A stretch of DNA of 64,000 nucleotides, taken from positions 672,001 through 736,000 of the forward strand of contig CAWFSF010000005.1 of NCBI GenBank assembly GCA_963818475.1, given 5' to 3'. The notes below the pieces were generated by a model that did not search any database, had not been told where the DNA came from, and saw nothing but the letters and a program-made list of their open reading frames with translations. Shown one piece after another: positions 59,409-64,000 of the stretch (positions are counted from its first letter, which is position 1; each line of letters opens with the position of its first letter). Origin of the DNA: Nitrospirota bacterium (GTDB taxonomy: Bacteria > Nitrospirota > UBA9217). Both the position numbers and the translations under genes were made by a program.

Positions 59409-61664
59409 CTATGCCATCATGACCTCAGAAAGCGTCTTGCTGAAGGTGGCTATATCGTAGGGCTTGACGATAACGCCTTTGAAACCGTACGTTCGGTAGT
59501 CCGCCATGACCGGATCGTTCGAGTAACCGCTCGACACGATCGCCTTTACCTTCGGATCAAGGGTGCGGAGCTGCTGGATCGCTTCTTTCCCGCCCATGCC
59601 GCCCGGAATGGTGAGGTCCATGATGACCATATCATAAGGTCTTTTCGCCTCGAGCGCGGCACGGTAGAGCGCGATCGTCTCGGCGCCGTTCTTCGCAAAC
59701 TCCACCGAGTACCCGAGATCGCGCAGCATCTCTCCCGAGACCTCGCGGACAAATTCTTCGTCGTCCATCACCAGGACGGTGCCGCCTCCCCGGGCAATGA
59801 CCCCGGCATCAGCGGCATGCGCAGCAGACGCGCCGGTCGAGGCAGGCAGATAAATATGGAAGGTCGTCCCCGCTTCGCTCGATGATTCGACCATGACGTG
59901 GCCGTCATGTTTTTTTATGATCGAGTAGACCGAGGCAAGGCCGAGGCCGCTGCCTTTCTGCTTGGTCGTAAAATAGGGATCAAAGATCCTGGAGAGATGC
60001 TCCGTGGGTATGCCCGTCCCCGTATCGTGAAGGGAGATCTTCACGTACGGGCCTGCGTTAAGGGAAGGGACCTCCTGGTCCTCCAGAGCAGCGTTGCTCA
60101 CCGTATAGCGCAGGGTCCCGCCGGCCGGCATGGCCTGCAGGGCGTTGATGATGAGATTGCTGAAGACCTGGCTGATCTGGCCGGCGTCGACCTCGACAGC
60201 CCATATGTTGTCGCTGATCAGGGATTCGGACGCGATGTTGGTGCCGGAAAGGGTAAAACTGACCGCCTCCCGGAGAATGTCGACGATCGACGCGGATCGT
60301 TTGACCGGAGCTCCGCCTTTGGCGAACGTCAGCAGCTGATGGGTCAGGTCCGTCGCGCGCCGGGAAGCCGCTTCCGCCTCGTTCAATCGCGCATAGGCCT
60401 TGCTCCGGGTGTCGATATACATTTTCGCCATGCTGATATTGCCGACCATGGAGGTGAGAAGGTTGTTGAAATCATGGGCCAGCCCGCCGGCCAGAACGCC
60501 CACGGACTGCAGTTTCTCCACCTTGAGCAGTTCCTCTTCCATGAGGTGCTTTTCGGTCACATCGCGGAACACGAGAACGATCCCGATCACCTCGCTGTTC
60601 CGGTCGTGGATGGGAGCAGCGCTGTCCTCGATGGATATTTTCGTTCCGTCTTTTCTGATAAGGGCGGTATGATTGGCGAGACCGCAGATAAGGCCGGTTT
60701 TCAGGACCTTCTCCACGGGATTCTCGCTGCGTTTCCCGGTCTTTTCGTTGATGATATTGAATACCTCGGCAAGCTGCCTGCCCGCGGCCTCCTGCAGGGT
60801 CCACCCCGTGTGATGCTCGGCAACCTTGTTGATCATGGTGATGGCGCCCGCCATGTCCGTAACGATCACGGCATCGCCGATGCTGCGCAGGGTCACGGCA
60901 AGCCGCTCTTTTTCCTCGGCCAGCCGCTCCTCCCGCTCCCTGAGGGCCAGGCTCATGGCATTGAATTCCGACGAGAGCCGGCCGATCTCGTCAGCAGAAG
61001 AGACCTGAACTGATTCGGGGTACTCGCCCTGCTTGTACCGGGCTACGGCCCGCTGCAGCGCAAAGATGGGCTTGAGCAGATAATGCCCGACAAGCGCATT
61101 GAGCAGCATGACGGCAATGATCGTCAGCAGGACCGCAGCGAGGATGTTTTTGAGAACGGTATTGCGAATGGTCTGATTGACCGGCTCGGTCGAGATCCTG
61201 AGCCGCACGAAACCGATCAGAATTTCCTTGATCCTGACGTCATGGGTGTCAAGAAATATGGGGTGATAAATATCGATCCAGGGATCTGTCTTGATGAAGT
61301 AGTTGGCGGACGGCTGCTGGTTCTTTTTGAAATATTCCATGGCGTCGGGCGCCGGCGGAACATTCAACTGGTCGATGGGAGCGGAAGCCACGCCGAGCCA
61401 TACCACGGAAAAGACCTGGGTAAGCAGAACATCGTCCGTATGGACGATATCCGAGACGTTCTTGATAAGGTTCAGATTTTCCGCAGCGAGACTGTCATCC
61501 ACGGACCGGGCAAGCGCATCGGACAAGGCAATGCCCCGGGCAATGACCTCGCGCTCACCGCTGTTCCGCTGGGCCGCGATAAAGAGGGCTGTACTCACCG
61601 CGCTCGCCGCGATCATCACCGCGGTAATGAACAGCGTCACCTTTGTCTTTAAGGACAGGGTCAT
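59409..61664 (-). CDS. hybrid sensor histidine kinase (TM-HAMP-PAS-HisKA-HATPase-REC)
   Basis: DEIG, TLRSIGDAVI, AHDFNN, FDPYFTTK, GLGL, VMDDE, DLTIPG, KP. Confidence 0.92.
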   Translation of the reverse strand: MTLSLKTKVTLFITAVMIAASAVSTALFIAAQRNSGEREVIARGIALSDALARSVDDSLAAENLNLIKNVSDIVHTDDVLLTQVFSVVWLGVASAPIDQLNVPPAPDAMEYFKKNQQPSANYFIKTDPWIDIYHPIFLDTHDVRIKEILIGFVRLRISTEPVNQTIRNTVLKNILAAVLLTIIAVMLLNALVGHYLLKPIFALQRAVARYKQGEYPESVQVSSADEIGRLSSEFNAMSLALREREERLAEEKERLAVTLRSIGDAVIVTDMAGAITMINKVAEHHTGWTLQEAAGRQLAEVFNIINEKTGKRSENPVEKVLKTGLICGLANHTALIRKDGTKISIEDSAAPIHDRNSEVIGIVLVFRDVTEKHLMEEELLKVEKLQSVGVLAGGLAHDFNNLLTSMVGNISMAKMYIDTRSKAYARLNEAEAASRRATDLTHQLLTFAKGGAPVKRSASIVDILREAVSFTLSGTNIASESLISDNIWAVEVDAGQISQVFSNLIINALQAMPAGGTLRYTVSNAALEDQEVPSLNAGPYVKISLHDTGTGIPTEHLSRIFDPYFTTKQKGSGLGLASVYSIIKKHDGHVMVESSSEAGTTFHIYLPASTGASAAHAADAGVIARGGGTVLVMDDEEFVREVSGEMLRDLGYSVEFAKNGAETIALYRAALEAKRPYDMVIMDLTIPGGMGGKEAIQQLRTLDPKVKAIVSSGYSNDPVMADYRTYGFKGVIVKPYDIATFSKTLSEVMMA

Positions 61665-62479
61665 TTCATATCCGCGAGTGATGGCAGGCCGTAGGAGGAG
61701 ATCAGTTTCTGTCCCTTCTTGCTTAGAACAAAATCAACGAACTTTCGGATCTCGGGTTTGGCGTTCTTTTTTATCACGAGGAACAACGGCCTGCGAAAGG
61801 GATACTTGCCCGAGATGATGTTCTCTTTCGTCGGAGCGACGCCATCGACTTTAAGCATTTTCACGTTCCGTTTCCGAGCGCTGCCGAAGCCGGTGCTGGC
61901 GAACCCTTCGCGCATCTCCTCCACGATCTGCTCCCAAATGGCGGGAGACGACGCCTGCAGGGTGGAGTTTTTTTGCTGTTGCGGCCGCTGTCCGTTCAGG
62001 ACCATGGCGCTCAGGGATTCCACGACGCCGCTGGTTCCCTTCGTAATGACGGAGATGAGGTTCAGATCGGGGCCGCCCAGCTGCTTCCAGTTATTGATCT
62101 TTCCCTCGTAAATGCCCCGCACCTGCTGCGGCGTGATCGAATCGATCGGGTTGGACCTATGCACAATGAAGACCAGAGCGTCCCAGGATGCAGTAATATA
62201 CTCAAAATCCCCAGGGTCGTCGGCAGCCTTTGACTTGCACGAGGCCGCGAAATCCATCCTGCCCTCTTGCAGGTCCACAAGACCCCTGCTGCTGCCCCCG
62301 CCAAGAACGATCATCTTGATGCCCGTCTGTTTTTCGTATTCCCTGGCCAGGTCGGACAGGTATCCCGGAACGCTGACGGAACAGCCGCTCCCGATCAGGG
62401 TCCCCTGGGCAACAGCAGGAAGAGGCGAAAGTAGCAGGCAGACAAGGAACAGCGGCATGCAGAGGTCGTTGATTTTCAT
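61661..62479 (-). CDS. PstS-family periplasmic binding protein
   Basis: Signal peptide; GGGSSRG, DFAAS, DALVFIVH, GKINNWKQLGG, YPFRRPL. Confidence 0.8.
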   Translation of the reverse strand: MKINDLCMPLFLVCLLLSPLPAVAQGTLIGSGCSVSVPGYLSDLAREYEKQTGIKMIVLGGGSSRGLVDLQEGRMDFAASCKSKAADDPGDFEYITASWDALVFIVHRSNPIDSITPQQVRGIYEGKINNWKQLGGPDLNLISVITKGTSGVVESLSAMVLNGQRPQQQKNSTLQASSPAIWEQIVEEMREGFASTGFGSARKRNVKMLKVDGVAPTKENIISGKYPFRRPLFLVIKKNAKPEIRKFVDFVLSKKGQKLISSYGLPSLADMK

Positions 62480-62680
62480 ATGCCCTCCTCAAAAACCATT
62501 TTAATAATATCATATTTAATGTCACACAGGAACCGATACAGCAGAAACATGGGCAGGATAAACAGGATAAAGTGGAGGCACCTGCAACGAGAAAAACCGG
62601 AAGAAGAATATCGTTTTGCTTCGGAGATGGAACACGGCTAGAGGCACGGAGAAAGGCGTGGAACAAAGGAAGTGAATAAA

Positions 62681-62757
62681 TGGCGGGGCGGACGGGACTC
62701 GAACCCGCGACCTCCTGCGTGACAGGCAGGCGTTCTAACCGACTGAACTACCACCCC
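62681..62757 (-). tRNA. tRNA-Asp (GTC)
   Basis: GGGGTGGTAGTTCAGTCGGTTAGAACGCCTGCCTGTCACGCAGGAGGTCGCGGGTTCGAGTCCCGTCCGCCCCGCCA. Confidence 0.97.
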
Positions 62758-62822
62758 ATTTATTTGACGAGCGTGCAGCGCGGAGTCACTGTAGAATTCC
62801 TGAACTCCGTATTATGTGTTAA

Positions 62823-62898
62823 TGGTAGGCGGAACAGGGATCGAACCTGTGACCCCAGCCTTGTAAGGGCTGTGCTCTCCCAGCTGAGCTATCCGCCC
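62823..62898 (-). tRNA. tRNA-Val (TAC)
   Basis: GGGCGGATAGCTCAGCTGGGAGAGCACAGCCCTTACAAGGCTGGGGTCACAGGTTCGATCCCTGTTCCGCCTACCA. Confidence 0.97.
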
Positions 62899-62997
62899 GG
62901 TTCCAACCAGTTGGAGACTGGTAATATCTATTATTCCCGCCAAAATGTCAAGCTAAATTTATCCTTTTTCATGGCACGTTCGCGGGAAGATGCGGCT

Positions 62998-63468
62998 TCA
63001 TTTTTTCAGCCCCGGCGCAACCACGATCAGAATGATCCCATCGACAAGAAGGAGAAGGTTGAGCGATGCGCTCAACGCGTGGAGCCGGGCAAACCGTTTT
63101 CTCGCCGGAGAATCGGATGATTCCCGCTCAAAGGATGCAACGTTTCTTTTAACCCCGACCGTGGTCGGGTGGACCCAGAAAGCAACGAACAGTGCAACCG
63201 CCAGCGAGAGCAGGAGCAGCGAAAGTGAGAGCCGATAGGCCGGCAACGAGCCGTCCCTTGCTGCCAGCAAAAACAGGAACAGTGCCAGAAGCGTCAGGAC
63301 CAGCGTGTAAACGAAATAACCGGGAAAGAGCTTCCCCACGATCTCACCGGCCTGGTCTCGGCCATAGGATTTGAATATGGCCGGAGTGACGATGAAGGTG
63401 AAGATCGAAATGCCTCCTACCCAGAGCGCAAGGACCAAACTGTATAATGAAAACCAGGGAACTTTCAT
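62998..63468 (-). CDS. DUF4149/TMEM205-like membrane protein
   Basis: LWVGG..F.FIVTPAIF, AGEIVGKLF, RFARLHALS. Confidence 0.8.
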   Translation of the reverse strand: MKVPWFSLYSLVLALWVGGISIFTFIVTPAIFKSYGRDQAGEIVGKLFPGYFVYTLVLTLLALFLFLLAARDGSLPAYRLSLSLLLLSLAVALFVAFWVHPTTVGVKRNVASFERESSDSPARKRFARLHALSASLNLLLLVDGIILIVVAPGLKK

Positions 63469-63542
63469 GTGCACCTCCTTCCCAAAATAAAACCACAGAG
63501 CGCAGTGAGGACGGCTCGACTAATTGTCAGTCCCTCGAGCAC

Positions 63543-64000
63543 TCACCGCGGTGAATTTGATAAATAGAGATAAACGTTTGCGTCCGCAGATCTGTTCGTT
63601 GTATTGTACAGGTACATTTTATAGCGGGAAAAGGCGATGCGCTGCTGAACCTGTTCGGATTCAAAATAGATCGAATCTCCGCTCTTCGTTTGCGCCTTGC
63701 ATTCAATGGGAAATTGAACGCGCTTTGCGTCACGAAGAACGCGCAGGATTGACCCTTCTGCGGGAACGAGAAGGACTCCGATGGTGCCTGAGGAGAAAAC
63801 CTCGCTTCTCATTTCGCCTTGCAGGCTGATCAAAAGAGAGGTGAATCCTTCAGTTTCGATGGTCCCGGCATAGACCATTTCAGTCATTTCCGCGCGTTGT
63901 GAAGTGGGCACCACCAAACCTTCTTTGGCAATGGATTTCGTCGTACCTTCTATCGATACTGAACCCTTGATTTGTTGCAGCTCGGGAAAGTTCTGTACGT
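63543..64000 (-). CDS. hypothetical protein, 5' part outside the window
   Basis: Open reading frame 63543..63917 appears to continue to the window end; no recognisable motif. Confidence 0.5.
   Translation of the reverse strand, partial: VQNFPELQQIKGSVSIEGTTKSIAKEGLVVPTSQRAEMTEMVYAGTIETEGFTSLLISLQGEMRSEVFSSGTIGVLLVPAEGSILRVLRDAKRVQFPIECKAQTKSGDSIYFESEQVQQRIAFSRYKMYLYNTTNRSADANVYLYLSNSPR

Noticed and set aside
62480-62760. Integrative element at the tRNA-Asp 3' end
   Set aside because: No integrase and no duplicated tRNA 3' end were seen in the window.
62680-63120. 146-aa ORF over the tRNA region
   Set aside because: It is an antisense translation of tRNA-Asp and tRNA-Val.

Overview
GC-rich bacterial chromosomal segment; gene content and order suggest Nitrospirota or Desulfobacterota (inference). 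Left part: small accessory genes, an RlmL-like methyltransferase and an mreBCD-mrdA-rodA-radical SAM-rng operon. A small accessory island follows (lipoprotein, 7-blade RCC1/BLIP-II-like protein, Cys-rich/2Fe-2S/adenylate cyclase fusion). Next is a ~16.5 kb minus-strand run: two cyclophilins, argG, argH, lipoprotein, lysA, dapF, dapA, dapB, dsbC, FAH, dapL, folK, dNK, UPF0149, panC, GGDEF. Then come a PilZ gene, a short bacterioferritin and a lower-GC ABC-dependent O-antigen/surface-glycan cluster (wzm, wzt, sulfotransferase, FkbM-coiled-coil, GT2s, radical SAM) with wbaP and waaL. The window ends with a PstS-like/hybrid kinase pair, tRNA-Asp and tRNA-Val. Many genes between about 0.4 and 42 kb carry single-base indels that look like long-read assembly errors, so their coordinates are approximate. 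The three most interesting signals: (1) more than a dozen intergenic elements made of 7-bp or 8-10-bp periodic repeats arranged as inverted arms, diverse in sequence but similar in structure; (2) a sulfotransferase plus methyltransferase/coiled-coil module coupled to wzt that may be a sulfate-based analogue of WbdD chain capping; (3) a Cys-rich/[2Fe-2S]/class III cyclase fusion. No CRISPR array, integrase or transposase was seen.
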